This document shows positions 11,067 through 23,160 of a stretch of 37,612 nucleotides of DNA, one piece after another. The position numbers and the translations under genes are program-made. The notes under the pieces were generated by a model. It was given only the letters and a program-made list of their open reading frames with translations. It made no database searches and had not been told where the DNA came from. The DNA is from Octopus bimaculoides. Taxonomy: Eukaryota. The DNA lies in the NCBI RefSeq assembly GCF_001194135.2, contig NC_068985.1, positions 9,121,465 to 9,159,076 of the forward strand, in the 5' to 3' direction. Numbering within the stretch: position 1 is the stretch's first letter; each line of letters starts with the position of its first letter.

Positions 11067-11913
11067 CCTTTCTTTACTGTATTTATTTTGAGATGCTCTG
11101 TGTTTCTTTCAATTACTTTAAATATAACAAAGAAATTATTGGGTTGTCCAGAAAGTTTGTGCCGAATTATAGTAGCTTACCTTTCGACTTATTTGCCATG
11201 AAACCACCTCAATTCTGGGAAGAGAGTATTTTCAAGTTAAAGGAAAGATGGATACGCATTGTGCAACAAAATGGTTCATATTTGGTTGATTAAAAATGTA
11301 ATGGCAAGTATTTATTGACCTTTTTCTTTCCTTTAAAAATCGGCATGAACTTTCCGGACAACTCAATAGTAAAATAACTTAGTTATCATTCAGCTTGTGT
11401 TAGGAACATTAATTGTGACAAAGGTTTGGGGAAGATTTTAATTGAAAACTTATGAAAACAAGACATTTGTACTACAGAGCCAGTGGCGGTTTCAGCCGGG
11501 TTGGTAGCGAAAGGGTTAAGAATTGTTTCTCTAGTATATATTTTAACCCTTTTATGACCATGTTTCTGTGGAGATGCTCTGAGTTTCTTTCAATTAATTT
11601 TAAATATAACAAAGAACTTAATAAAATAACTTAGTTATCATTCAGCTTGTGTTAGGAACATAAATTGTGACTAATGTTTTGTGGAAGATTTTTATTCAAA
11701 ACTTATGAAAACAAGACATTTGTACTACAGAGCCAGAGGTGGTTTCAGCTGGGTTGGTAACAAAAGGGTTAAGAATTGTTTCTCTATCACATTCTAACCC
11801 TTTTGTGACCATATTTCTGTTGAGATGTGTTTCTTTCAATTAATTTTAAATATAACAAAGAATTTAGTAAAATAGAGCCAGAGGCGGTTTCAGCCGGGTT
11901 GGTAACGAAAGGG
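11067..11913. mobile_element. Three tandem piggyBac-like MITE copies (TTAA-CCCTT...AAGGG-TTAA)
   Basis: Copies at 11067-11515, 11547-11768 and 11798-11913 with shared internal sequence. TTAA flanks occur at five of six ends (CTAA at the sixth), and both spacers start with gaattgtttctcta. Confidence 0.75.
11139..11366 (+). mobile_element. Internally deleted mariner transposon nested in MITE copy 1
   Basis: TIRs TTGGGTTGTCCAGAAAGTTTGTGCCGA / TCGGCATGAACTTTCCGGACAACTCAA with TA at both ends. Encodes the transposase C-terminus FWEESIFKLKERWIRIVQQNGSYLVD*. The empty site is visible in the sister MITE copies. Confidence 0.9.
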
Positions 11914-11914
11914 T

Positions 11915-12110
11915 TAATGTAGTTCTCAAACACATAATGTGACAAAGCTGGGCCCTTTTGAATTACAAGGTACAATTCATTTTTGCCAGCTGAGTGGACA
12001 GGAGCAATATGAAATAAAGTGTCTTGCTCAAGGATAGCAAGTACCATTGGGAATTGAACTCATAACCATATGATCAACAGCTGAATACCCTTACCACTAA
12101 GCCACATCTG
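11915..12110 (-). mobile_element. SINE family D, partial
   Basis: Homologous to 60-350 (tgtgacaaagctgggcc...aaataaagtgtcttgctcaagga...gaattgaactc). Confidence 0.7.
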
Positions 12111-12274
12111 CTTTCAAAAGATAGATTGTGATACAAAACTGTTTTCCACAGTTAAGGGTAATGAAATTTCAAGAGGATCTACCTGATTTCTGCAGCAAAA
12201 AGATTAAGATGTGTGTGTGCGTGTGTGTGTGTGTAGCAGCAGTATTATTACAGAACATAAGAGAAATACTCCCT

Positions 12275-12520
12275 TATCATCATCATCATCATCGTCATCA
12301 TTTAACGTCTGTTGTCCATGCTGGCATGGGTCGGATGGTTTGACCGGGCTGGCACGCTGGAAGACTGCACCAGATTCCAGTCTGATTTGGCGTGGTTTAC
12401 TATGGTTGGGTACCCTTCCTAATGCCAACCACTCCGAGAGTGTAATTAGTGCTTTTATGTGCCACCAGCATGGGTGCCATTTGAGTAACACCAGGGTGCT
12501 TTTACGTGCCACTGGTATCT
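12275..12520 (-). mobile_element. RTE-related short element (family B)
   Basis: (cat)n tail then tttaacgtc...ccttcctaatgccaaccactccgag. Confidence 0.75.
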
Positions 12521-12662
12521 TCCATATATACATATATTATATTATATATTCCATATTCTATATCCCACATTAATTTTATAAGAATATAAATAAACATAAA
12601 AAACAGACAGAGTTGGAACTCTTTTAAATAATATATTCCTCTATACATGATCATACAAAACC

Positions 12663-13601
12663 NNNNNNNNNNNNNNNNNNNNNNNNNNNNNNNNNNNNNN
12701 NNNNNNNNNNNNNNNNNNNNNNNNNNNNNNNNNNNNNNNNNNNNNNNNNNNNNNNNNNNNNNNNNNNNNNNNNNNNNNNNNNNNNNNNNNNNNNNNNNNN
12801 NNNNNNNNNNNNNNNNNNNNNNNNNNNNNNNNNNNNNNNNNNNNNNNNNNNNNNNNNNNNNNNNNNNNNNNNNNNNNNNNNNNNNNNNNNNNNNNNNNNN
12901 NNNNNNNNNNNNNNNNNNNNNNNNNNNNNNNNNNNNNNNNNNNNNNNNNNNNNNNNNNNNNNNNNNNNNNNNNNNNNNNNNNNNNNNNNNNNNNNNNNNN
13001 NNNNNNNNNNNNNNNNNNNNNNNNNNNNNNNNNNNNNNNNNNNNNNNNNNNNNNNNNNNNNNNNNNNNNNNNNNNNNNNNNNNNNNNNNNNNNNNNNNNN
13101 NNNNNNNNNNNNNNNNNNNNNNNNNNNNNNNNNNNNNNNNNNNNNNNNNNNNNNNNNNNNNNNNNNNNNNNNNNNNNNNNNNNNNNNNNNNNNNNNNNNN
13201 NNNNNNNNNNNNNNNNNNNNNNNNNNNNNNNNNNNNNNNNNNNNNNNNNNNNNNNNNNNNNNNNNNNNNNNNNNNNNNNNNNNNNNNNNNNNNNNNNNNN
13301 NNNNNNNNNNNNNNNNNNNNNNNNNNNNNNNNNNNNNNNNNNNNNNNNNNNNNNNNNNNNNNNNNNNNNNNNNNNNNNNNNNNNNNNNNNNNNNNNNNNN
13401 NNNNNNNNNNNNNNNNNNNNNNNNNNNNNNNNNNNNNNNNNNNNNNNNNNNNNNNNNNNNNNNNNNNNNNNNNNNNNNNNNNNNNNNNNNNNNNNNNNNN
13501 NNNNNNNNNNNNNNNNNNNNNNNNNNNNNNNNNNNNNNNNNNNNNNNNNNNNNNNNNNNNNNNNNNNNNNNNNNNNNNNNNNNNNNNNNNNNNNNNNNNN
13601 N
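12663..13601. other. Assembly gap (largest of many N runs)
   Basis: Run of N; many gaps abut (TA)n or (TG)n microsatellites. Confidence 0.98.
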
Positions 13602-13861
13602 NTATATATATATATATATAATAATACAAGGAATATATATACATGTATACACACATATATGTACATACTTACATCTACATGTGTATATATATGCATATCA
13701 GGGTACAGGACGTTAGAACAATAAACTACAGACAACGGAACGAACACATAGGAAAACGGAAAGCCACTTGGAATATCCCTTCATCAGCTGTCTCTATTCT
13801 ATCTAGACGTTATACATATATATATATATTTATATATATATATGTATATATTTATATATAT

Positions 13862-14170
13862 ATATCATCATCATCATCATCATCATCGGTTGACGTCCGC
13901 TTACCATGCTAGCATGGGTTGGACGATTTGACTGAGGACTGGTGAGCCAGATGGCTACACCAGGCTCCAATCTGATTTGGCAGAGTTTCTACAGCTGGAT
14001 GCCCTTCCTAACGCCAACCACTCCGAGNNNNNNNNNNATGCCCTTCCTAACGCCAACCACTCCGAGAGTGTAGTGGGTGCTTTTACATGCCACCGGCACG
14101 AAGGCCAGTCAGGCGGTATTGGCAATGGCCATGCTCAAAATGGTGTATTTTACGTGCCACCTGCACAAGA
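13862..14170 (-). mobile_element. RTE-related short element (family B)
   Basis: Reverse complement of the 16460-16895 type; contains a small gap with a duplicated overlap. Confidence 0.8.
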
Positions 14171-14274
14171 GTCAATATATATATATACACACACACATAT
14201 ATATAGGTATGTGTACATATGTACAATGTGTAGACAATAGACTCCCTCAAACGGTAAGAGGATCATTAGAAGTA

Positions 14275-15125
14275 GTAAGATAGCTTCTGTTACTAGGCAA
14301 CCAAGTTAGCGGTGGGGATGGAAGTTTTGAAAGTGTAGTTGCCAGAATGGGCTGAGCAAGATTCAGAGAGCATCTGCTTTTGTTTAGATAACTAAGGGTC
14401 TCTACCTTAGAGTGAAGGGCAGATTGTAGGATTCTTGTTATGGAAAGCTATGTTACATGGCTGCGAAACATGGACTTTTGGTACAGAGAACTTGTGAAGG
14501 CTTGAAAGAAATGAAGCTGACATGCTCCACTGGATGGGTAATGTCTGTGTGCATGCAAGACAGAGCATATGTGATTTAAGAAGAAAGCTGTGTATAAGAG
14601 GCAAGAGATGTTGTGAGCAGAAGAGCGGAGACTGTGCTGGTTTGGTCTTGTGATATGTATGGATGAGGACAGCTGCATAAAGAAGTGCTCAGCTCTAATC
14701 GTGCAAGGAACCTGTGGAAGAGGTAGACCCAGGAACATGTGGGATGAAGGGGTGGGAAAGGATCTTTGGACACTGGGATGATAAGGGACTGGGAGTTGTG
14801 GTGATTTGCTTTACTCGAGAAGATGCACCCAGCTAAATAAAATTACTGTCATCCATGCATACATACAGGCTTGTCCTTTATAGGGGCAAGTGCCACATAA
14901 AATGCCATTGTGCCAGTGCTGTATGAATGCACCTATGCAGGTGGTACGTAAAAAGTACCCAGCATACTGTCTAAAGTGGTTGGTATTAGGAAGGGCATTC
15001 AGCTATAGAAACCATGCTACAATGCTCATTTGGAGGCTGGCAAGCTCCATGTTAAACTGTCCAACCCATACCAGATTAGAAAATGGGCATTACATGATGA
15101 TGTTGGTAATGATAATGATGATGTA
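14275..15125 (+). mobile_element. Degenerate RTE-clade LINE 3' fragment (RT C-terminus, 3' UTR and GAT tail)
   Basis: Frameshifted translation gives KGLYLRVKGRL, AMLHGCETW, RLERNEADMLHWM, RRLCWFGLV and GRGRPRNMW, which are typical RTE C-terminal motifs. Confidence 0.8.
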
Positions 15126-15145
15126 CATACATGTATTACACAAAA

Positions 15146-15187
<42 letters not shown>

Positions 15188-15496
15188 NNNNNNNNNNNNN
15201 NNNNNNNNNNNNNNNNNNNNNNNNNNNNNNNNNNNNNNNNNNNNNNNNNNNNNNNNNNNNNNNNNNNNNNNNNNNNNNNNNNNNNNNNNNNNNNNNNNNN
15301 NNNNNNNNNNNNNNNNNNNNNNNNNNNNNNNNNNNNNNNNNNNNNNNNNNNNNNNNNNNNNNNNNNNNNNNNNNNNNNNNNNNNNNNNNNNNNNNNNNNN
15401 NNNNNNNNNNNNNNNNNNNNNNNNNNNNNNNNNNNNNNNNNNNNNNNNNNNNNNNNNNNNNNNNNNNNNNNNNNNNNNNNNNNNNNNNNNNNNNNN

Positions 15497-15534
<38 letters not shown>

Positions 15535-15552
15535 AGTATATATAATTATGCT

Positions 15553-15728
15553 GGCACAGGAGTAGCTGTGTGGTAAGTAGCTTGCTTGCCAATCACATGG
15601 TTGCAGGATCAGTCCCACTGCGTGGCACCTTGGGCAAGTGTCTTCTACTATAGCCTCGGGCTGACCAAAGCTTTGTGAGTGGATTTGGTAGATTGAAACT
15701 GAAAGAAGCCGATCGTATATATGTGTAC

Positions 15729-15767
<39 letters not shown>

Positions 15768-15956
15768 TTCCCCCACCGTCACTAGACAACCAATGTTGGT
15801 GTGTTTTCATCCCTGTAACTTAGCAGTTCCTCAAAAGAGACCGATGGAATAAGTACTAGGCTTACAGAGAATAAGTCCCGGGGTCGATTTGTTTGTGTTA
15901 AAAGGCAGCGCTCCAGCAAGGTCGCAGTCTGAAACAAATAAAAGAATAAAAAGAAT
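15553..15956 (+). mobile_element. tRNA-derived SINE, family A (full length)
   Basis: Head, core tggcaccttgggcaagtgtcttctactatagcc, internal (TG)n and A-rich tail. Confidence 0.85.
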
Positions 15957-15984
15957 ATATATATTTATACATATATATATAGAT

Positions 15985-16455
15985 GAGTGTTGTAGTTTGC
16001 TTGAAGCATTGTGTATTGTTTGTGAAATATAACATGTTTTGAATGGCACAACAATGCAGAGTGGATTATAATAATACCAACTGTTATAATTCAATTATAG
16101 TTGTGGCAGTATTTGGTACAAAGCCACAGGAATTTAAGTTTGAGGCAGTTCTTCTCTTGGTCAACATAATGGTGGTAGCATTGTCAATAGCTGCAGTTGT
16201 TCCTCGGTGTGTAATTTTTGTGGTTGACGTGATGCTGGATATTATCTCAGAGAATTTGCATATGAGCTCATGGAGTTGGTGGTGTAGATAGTGTGTGACT
16301 TTTCTGATCACGAACGTATGTGTGTATTTCAGTGATCGTCGAAGGGTAAGGCTGCGGAAGTAAGTGGATAAATGTATGTTCCTGATGGTGCTGGGAATTA
16401 TGTTGTTTTTTAAGCAGCATTTAAGAAAGTGAAATCGAAATGGAGTTAAATTCGA
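15985..16455 (-). mobile_element. Probable Penelope-like element N-terminal relic
   Basis: The minus-strand frame reads FHFLKCCLKNNIIPSTIR...VIRKVTHYLHHQLHEL, resembling the H-x-x-FL-x-x-C-x4-IP motif of PLE ORF N-termini. Its left ~150 bp is duplicated at 16986-17133. Confidence 0.4.
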
Positions 16456-16459
16456 CGAC

Positions 16460-16895
16460 TGGCACCCATGCCAACGTCATCTCCTTCATTGGACACGGAA
16501 CTCAGCTTGCGAAGACTTATTGGGGCAAGCGAAAGCGAAATCGGGATGGCACCTGTGCCCAGCGTCGCCTTTCTGGCACTTGTGTAAGGACTTTCAAGCG
16601 AGATGGTTGCCTGTGCCCCTGGACTGGCTCTTGTGCGGGTGGCACATAAAATACACCATTTTGAGGGTGGCCGTTGCCAGTATCGCCTGACTGACCTTTG
16701 TGCGGGTGACACGTAAAAGCACCTACTACACTCTCAGAGTGGTTGGCGTTAGGAAGGGCATCCAGCTGTAGAAACTCTGCCAAATCAGATTGGAGCCTGG
16801 TGTAGCCTTTGGGCTCCACCAGTCCTCAGTCAAATCGTCCAACCCATGCTAGCATGGAAAGCGGACGTTAAACGATGATGATGATGATGATGATA
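16460..16895 (+). mobile_element. RTE-related short element (family B), longest copy
   Basis: Internal repeated ggcac..tgcc modules, a 3' region shared with the 14880-15125 LINE UTR, and a (GAT)n tail. Confidence 0.8.
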
Positions 16896-17284
16896 TTTGG
16901 CATCTGATTTGATCACATTTTTCCAATAGCTTGATTAACTTCCTAGTGGTTGCGAACTCAGCCTGGCCTAGGCGTAGAGATAGGAGAGTATTGTAGTTCA
17001 CTTGAAGCATTGTGTATTGTTTGTGAAATATAACATGTTTTGAATGGCACAACAATGCAGAGTGGACTATAATAACTGCTATAGTTTAATTATAGTTGTG
17101 GCGGTATTTGGTACAAAGCCACAGGAATTTAAGAATGTATGTATATGTAAGTGTATATATGTATACAACTAGATCTCGTAATACAGGGAAACAGCTGCAA
17201 AAGCAAGTACCTACACTCCTGGAGAACTCCATTGTGTGGAAACAATTGTAGTGATTAAAAAATAAATGTCCAACTCTACCCCGT

Positions 17285-17533
17285 CTTATTGACTCCAATC
17301 GGTTGTTAAGCAATGGTGGGGGTACAAATACAGACACAAACACACATTCACACACACACACACATATTATACGACGGGCTTCTTTCAGTTTCTGTCAACC
17401 AAATCCACTCAAGGCTTTGGTCAGCCCGAGGCTATAGTACAAGACACTTGCCCATGGTGCCACGCAGTGGGACTGAACCCAGAACCATGTGGTTGGTAAG
17501 CAAGCTACTTATCACAGAGCCACGCCTGCGCCT
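17285..17533 (-). mobile_element. SINE family A, 5' part
   Basis: Reverse-complement head gccacgcctgcgcct and core aagacacttgccc. Confidence 0.8.
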
Positions 17534-18090
17534 ATATATATACGTAATGGTAAGATCCAAGGATCAAAGTGTAGGAAGTTAGTAAGCTTCGAGTAGTCTG
17601 TAGAAGGTGTAAAGAGCATCTTTCAGGAACCATAGTGGTTTATTGATGTAGAAGGTTTTAAATTTTTCCCATATCAAAGTTCAATATTCTGAAAAGCAGT
17701 TATTTTATAGCTTATGGTTAGCAGTTGGTGTTATTGTGCATGTGAATAAAAATCCAAAATTATTGAATGGAGTCGATAGAATTCAAGCTACATATGTTTC
17801 ATAGCTAACAGAACTTCGTAAGTAGCTATTAGCAGAGCGAGGGGCATTCTGCTAGCTATTCGTCAGGCCAAAAGATACCTTAATCAAATGAAGTTTGCAT
17901 CGTTCTGAAGGGATACGCACGTTGACTCGCAGGAGATTTGATTGAAAATGCATGGAGAAAATGCATAGAGAAAAAGAGGGAAAGCATCTTTGTGAAGAAA
18001 TGATATACGAAAGTGGGATAATGTCTAAACGTGTTAAGGCTTATCAGTTCCAGTCAAGCCGTCTAACCCATGCCAGCATGGAATGTGGAC

Positions 18091-18129
<39 letters not shown>

Positions 18130-18482
18130 ATATATGTATATATATATATNNNNNNNNNNNNNNNNNNNNNNNNNNNNNNNNNNNNNNNNNNNNNNNNNNN
18201 NNNNNNNNNNNNNNNNNNNNNNNNNNNNNNNNNNNNNNNNNNNNNNNNNNNNNNNNNNNNNNNNNNNNNNNNNNNNNNNNNNNNNNNNNNNNNNNNNNNN
18301 NNNNNNNNNNNNNNNNNNNNNNNNNNNNNNNNNNNNNNNNNNNNNNNNNNNNNNNNNNNNNNNNNNNNNNNNNNNNTGTGTGTGTGTACATATTTGTATA
18401 TATATATATGTACATATCTGTATATAAAATTATATATATACCATAACCATCATGATGATGACTTGTATTCACTCACACGCAC

Positions 18483-18537
<55 letters not shown>

Positions 18538-18591
18538 GAAAGAGAGAGGGAGGAAAGAGAAAGAGAGAAACAAAGAAAAAGACACGTGTGT

Positions 18592-18830
18592 GTGAGGTGT
18601 GGCTGTGTCATAAGAAGTTTGCTTCCTAATCACATGGTTTCTGGTTGTCCCACTATGTGACACCCTGGCCAAGTGTCTTCTACTATAGCTTCGGGCCAAC
18701 CTAAGACTTGTGAATGCATTTGGTAGACGGAAACTAAAAGAAGCCTGTCATATATATACATGTACGTACGTACTTACGTACGTAAGTGTGTGTGTATATG
18801 TGTCTTTGTGTCTGTGTTTCTCACTACAGA
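18592..18830 (+). mobile_element. SINE family A, 5' part (diverged)
   Basis: ggtgtggctgtgtcataagaagtttgcttcctaatcacatgg...ggtagacggaaac. Confidence 0.7.
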
Positions 18831-19139
18831 AACACGAAATTCTGTCCAAAGTGTTTTTATTGATCGACGGAATACAATAAACGGAAATCACGCAATATAC
18901 CACTTAAAAAGAAGTATTTTCAGTACTTCTTAAGAGAAAACGTGAATTCTCTCGGCAATTTTTGTCAATAAATATGTTGTCTTACTTCCTTTCAGTATTT
19001 AGTATCGCTACACGACCTTAGTCACGTTTGCTCCATTTTGCATCGAAGAAATGCTTTCGTTTTTCCGAGGCCGTAGAATATGCAGGGGAGCAAACCTAAG
19101 GGCTGTCTCTGATGGCACACACTCTAGTTAAAAGTAAAA

Positions 19140-19390
19140 AAGGTTGGGGCGGAAACCTGGTACTCCGTCGGTTACGACGACGGGGGTTTCAGTTGAGCCG
19201 ATCAACGGGACAGCCTGCTCCTGAAATTAACGTACAAGTGACTGAGCGCTCGACAGAAATATGTATCCTTAACATGGTTCTGAGGGCTGTTCAGTGTAAC
19301 ACGGAATGTGACGAGGCTGGTCCTTTGAAATACAAGTGCAACTCACTTTTACTAGTCGAGGTGCAATTTGATCCAGTGTTACTACTAGCT
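19140..19390 (-). mobile_element. SINE family D, 3' part
   Basis: actccgtcggttacgacgacg...gaaattaacgtacaag...cctttgaaatac matches 60-240. Confidence 0.75.
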
Positions 19391-20203
19391 GACCTTGTAC
19401 CGTCAAAAACTGAAGGCTAAATGTAGTATTTTATATATAAATAAGGTACATAATCACAGATACAAACATTCACATACTTCCCTTGTACAGGCACACATAC
19501 ATATACTCACACAGAGTTAATTGCTGTTTGATTTTTCTATTCAGCGTTGAACGTTCACCATCCCATTTCCATTGCACACATACTCACACATTCACATACC
19601 TCCCTTTTACATACACACACATATACTCACACAGAATTGAAACGCTGATTTTTTTCACCTCTTCTTTCGTTATTCATCTATCACCCCTTCCTTTCTCATT
19701 CCTATGTTGTGACGGAGAAAAATAGAAGATATACGACGTGCTCTTTGCCACTTCCTTTCTCTCTATTACTTTCTGCTATTACTTTCTCTCATTCTCGCTC
19801 AGTCAGGGCTATTACTCTCACTACTCCTCCTTCACTGAATTACTATTTTCTCTCCTCTCCCATCACTTATACTACTCTTTCTCCTACTCTGTAATTTTGG
19901 ACAAATATATATACACACAAATATATAAAAACACTACGCTCATTATTATATCAGGAGATGGAACATTTGCTTTCTTGAATGTGATTAGCGTGCCTTAAAT
20001 GGTTTCTTTGGCAGTTATTCCTGTTGGTGATTGACATTTTATCGACGATATTGATATATTTTAAAACAGTTTTTTAACATCGTTTACCGTGCTATCTAAA
20101 GCAAATCTCAATTACACCAAACATTATGACAACAGGTACTGGACAACAATGTAGTGTCCACTGCGTATGTATATCAAAAGAATATCTTCGGACGAATGAT
20201 GTA

Positions 20204-20748
20204 CGAGGTCTGATCAAAATGTATCGGGACTGTTGTTATGGTAACGGAGCTAAAGTACGCAGAGTGAAGTAATTTGGTGCAGATTGACTTTAAACTCTGT
20301 CGCGCATGCATGCTGAGTTACAACGTTCTCGCTCGCTTCCGTTGTGTAAAGCAGCGCTTGGAAGTAAAGTGTGTAGAGTGTGGTCGTCTCTAAAGATTGG
20401 ATTTCAGCTGCGCAGGATCTCTTTAATTCTGTTGAGGAAGACGAAAACTTTTTGAAAACGGTCATAACAGCTGACGAATTTTGGGTCTATGGCTATGACC
20501 TTGACACCAAGGTTCAGTTTTCTCAGTTGAAAATCCCCAACAAGATTTCAAGATGTTGAGGAAATCGAAGAGAATGCGAAGAGGCAGCTGCTTGCTATCC
20601 CAAAATACGGAGTTCCATTTCCAGAGACGCCGGATAAAGTGTGTAACTTCAGTAGGGGACTACTTCGAAGGGCATTAAATGCCAAATTGATATGTGTTTT
20701 AGTTTTCTTTTTATAGCACCAATCCCAGCACTTTCAGATCAGACCTCG
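20204..20748 (+). mobile_element. Internally deleted mariner transposon (irritans-like)
   Basis: TIRs CGAGGTCTGATC / GATCAGACCTCG with TA on both sides. Residual transposase reads LKTVITADEFWVYGYDLDTK, RFQDVEEIEENAKRQLLAIPK and KCVTSVGDYFEG. Confidence 0.9.
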
Positions 20749-21183
20749 TAAATGTTTCGAAAATTTGCTACGGTGAATATCGCAGTCATCGTTGAAGATG
20801 TTTTGTTGAGCTGTCAACAACAGAGATTCAGAAAATAATGTTCTGCTCTACTTACTGCTTATGTTCAGTATTTTATTGACGTAATCAGAATACAGTATCT
20901 TAGTGTTACGATGTTTGATATTTGTCAAGTCATACCTAAGTAAAGGATACAATTTAAAGCATTTACCATAAAGATTTTATAGACTACATTTATAACGATC
21001 ACGTTTAACGATAATTTGCACCGAATAAAGCAGAACGTTATTACTCGTTGTTGAGATCACCCTTATTATCGTCGTTACAATGTAAAAAAAATATTATTAT
21101 ATAGTTTATTTGTTGTTCTGCTATCCATTATGAAGATAGCAAATCCATTGTGAAGATAGTAAATTCATGTGTGGGTAACTACT

Positions 21184-21185
<2 letters not shown>

Positions 21186-21238
<53 letters not shown>
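21186..21238. repeat. (GA)n microsatellite
   Basis: Direct reading of the sequence. Confidence 0.95.
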
Positions 21239-21240
<2 letters not shown>

Positions 21241-22887
21241 GTCTAAGCAGATAGAAGGTGTCAGGGCTGTGCTGCCCCTCGCCTAAAGGTACTTCCTCCA
21301 TCGGCGCCAGAAGAAAGGAGAAAGGGGCTGCTCTTTGACCAATGGGATAGAACTGGCTTGAGGCTGCTTATTTGTATTCTTCCTCACCAAACTGGGTCAG
21401 GCTAAACAAATGAGGATTTTTTTCTGTGTCAGCTTTGCTCTAAGTATGACACGGAAAGGGTTAAGAAATCAATTTAACTCTCTTAAATTTCCTAATGCAA
21501 CAGGCGAGAACAATAAGAAGAAAACCCATAGGAAAATGTAGATCCGGTTTCGAATCCCAGCTTGAAAATTTGAAAGTTATTCCTTACAGATTCATTACCA
21601 GATTTCCATACTTTATATTGTCAAAAATAGTTGATTCAGTGATATTGATTTAATGCGGCAACTAACGGAATAATGGAGATTCCTGGATCACATTCATTTC
21701 ACAACCATTTTTGGTACGTGAAATATTCAAAGATTAGAGCAAGCCAAGTTCTGTTGAAGCTAATTTTTATTTTCTTTCTATTTATTTATTCACGTTATTC
21801 TAATCATTACGTTAAACAAAGCTGCATTTAGCGTTAGTTTGTTAAGTCGCCTAAGCTCTGGCAGAATCGTCAGCGCATCGGATTAAAATGCTAGTGACAT
21901 TTCTGATGATTCTTCATGTTCTGAGTTCATAATCTGCCGAGGTCAACTTCGTCGTTCATCCAATCAGAGTCGACAAAACAAAGTGCTAAAGAAGAACTGG
22001 TCACAGTAATCAATTTGCCTTCTCATTTCAAATTCATTGGCCCTGGGCCAGACTTAGAAAAGATTATTCCCTCGCCTTATTTAAAGAATTTTTTTCTTTG
22101 AATAAGTTTCTTAAAGTAAGTACACGGCGTTATTTGCTAGTTTGGGGGATACTGACATAAACAGGAACGGTTTTAATGCGGTTTCCTTTCAGTCAGGGTC
22201 TATCTGCTTGCTACATTCTGCACATTTAATACATTGTTGATAAAACCGTGTGTGTGTGTGTGTTCTTTACCGCGAAGGTGCGTGACTTTGTGGTTGAGAT
22301 AGTAGAGATGACCCGGAAGTTGTTCCTCTTCGATTGCTATCGCAAACAGCATTAGCTTTCTTCAGCCGAATACATGTCGTTGATTGGTTGAAATTACCTA
22401 AATACGACAACTTTAACACGAAATAACTTTTAAAACATGAAATTTTGTCAAAAACGTTCAGAGTAAACCGTGTTCTACGTGAGAAATTCCACAAGTATTC
22501 GAAGTTTCAAACTTTTTACTTGATAAAAAATTAATTAAAAAATCTGTGATTTAGATGGAATAGATCCGAGACAAGACTTAGGGAATGGAGAGGATAAGAN
22601 NNNNNNNNNNNNNNNNNNNNNNNNNNNNNNNNNNNNNNNNNNNNNNNNNNNNNNNNNNNNNNNNNNNNNNNNNNNNNNNNNNNNNNNNNNNNNNNNNNNN
22701 NNNNNNNNNNNNNNNNNNNNNNNNNNNNNNNNNNNNNNNNNNNNNNNNNNNNNNNNNNNNNNNNNNNNNNNNNNNNNNNNNNNNNNNNNNNNNNNNNNNN
22801 NNNNNNNNNNNNNNNNNNNNNNNNNNNNNNNNNNNNNNNNNNNNNNNNNNNNNNNNNNNNNNNNNNNNNNNNNNNNNNNNNNNATTA

Positions 22888-22934
<47 letters not shown>

Positions 22935-23125
22935 CGTGTGTGTCATCGATATAATCACGCTCTTTTATTTTCGTAACTTAAAAATGACTTTTCTGTTTTT
23001 CAGAAAAACAGGCGTGTTTATGTTTTAACCTGATATGATAAGTGATGCATAACTGTTCGGATGATTAATGGCGTATGTGAAAGATACGACACACCTTAAA
23101 ATGAAACATACACACACATAGCCAA

Positions 23126-23160
<35 letters not shown>

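Noticed and set aside
13770-13812. Minus-strand AACGTC...CTGATGAAGGG resembling a permuted hammerhead
   Set aside because: The GAAA and stem II partner are missing (replaced by microsatellite) and stem I does not pair; at most a truncated relic.
13999-14067. Duplicated atgcccttcctaacgccaaccactccgag
   Set aside because: It straddles a 10-N gap, so it is an assembly overlap artefact.
7233-18128. CRISPR-like regularly repeated units
   Set aside because: The repeats are dispersed eukaryotic SINE tails with irregular spacing and no cas genes.
20465-20500. CTGACGA motif
   Set aside because: It is coding sequence of the mariner transposase (TADEFWVYGY) and has no hammerhead stems.
21240-21455. 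GC-richer segment with a CCAAT-like motif after (GA)n
   Set aside because: Short motifs alone are not evidence of a promoter or enhancer, and no conservation data are available.
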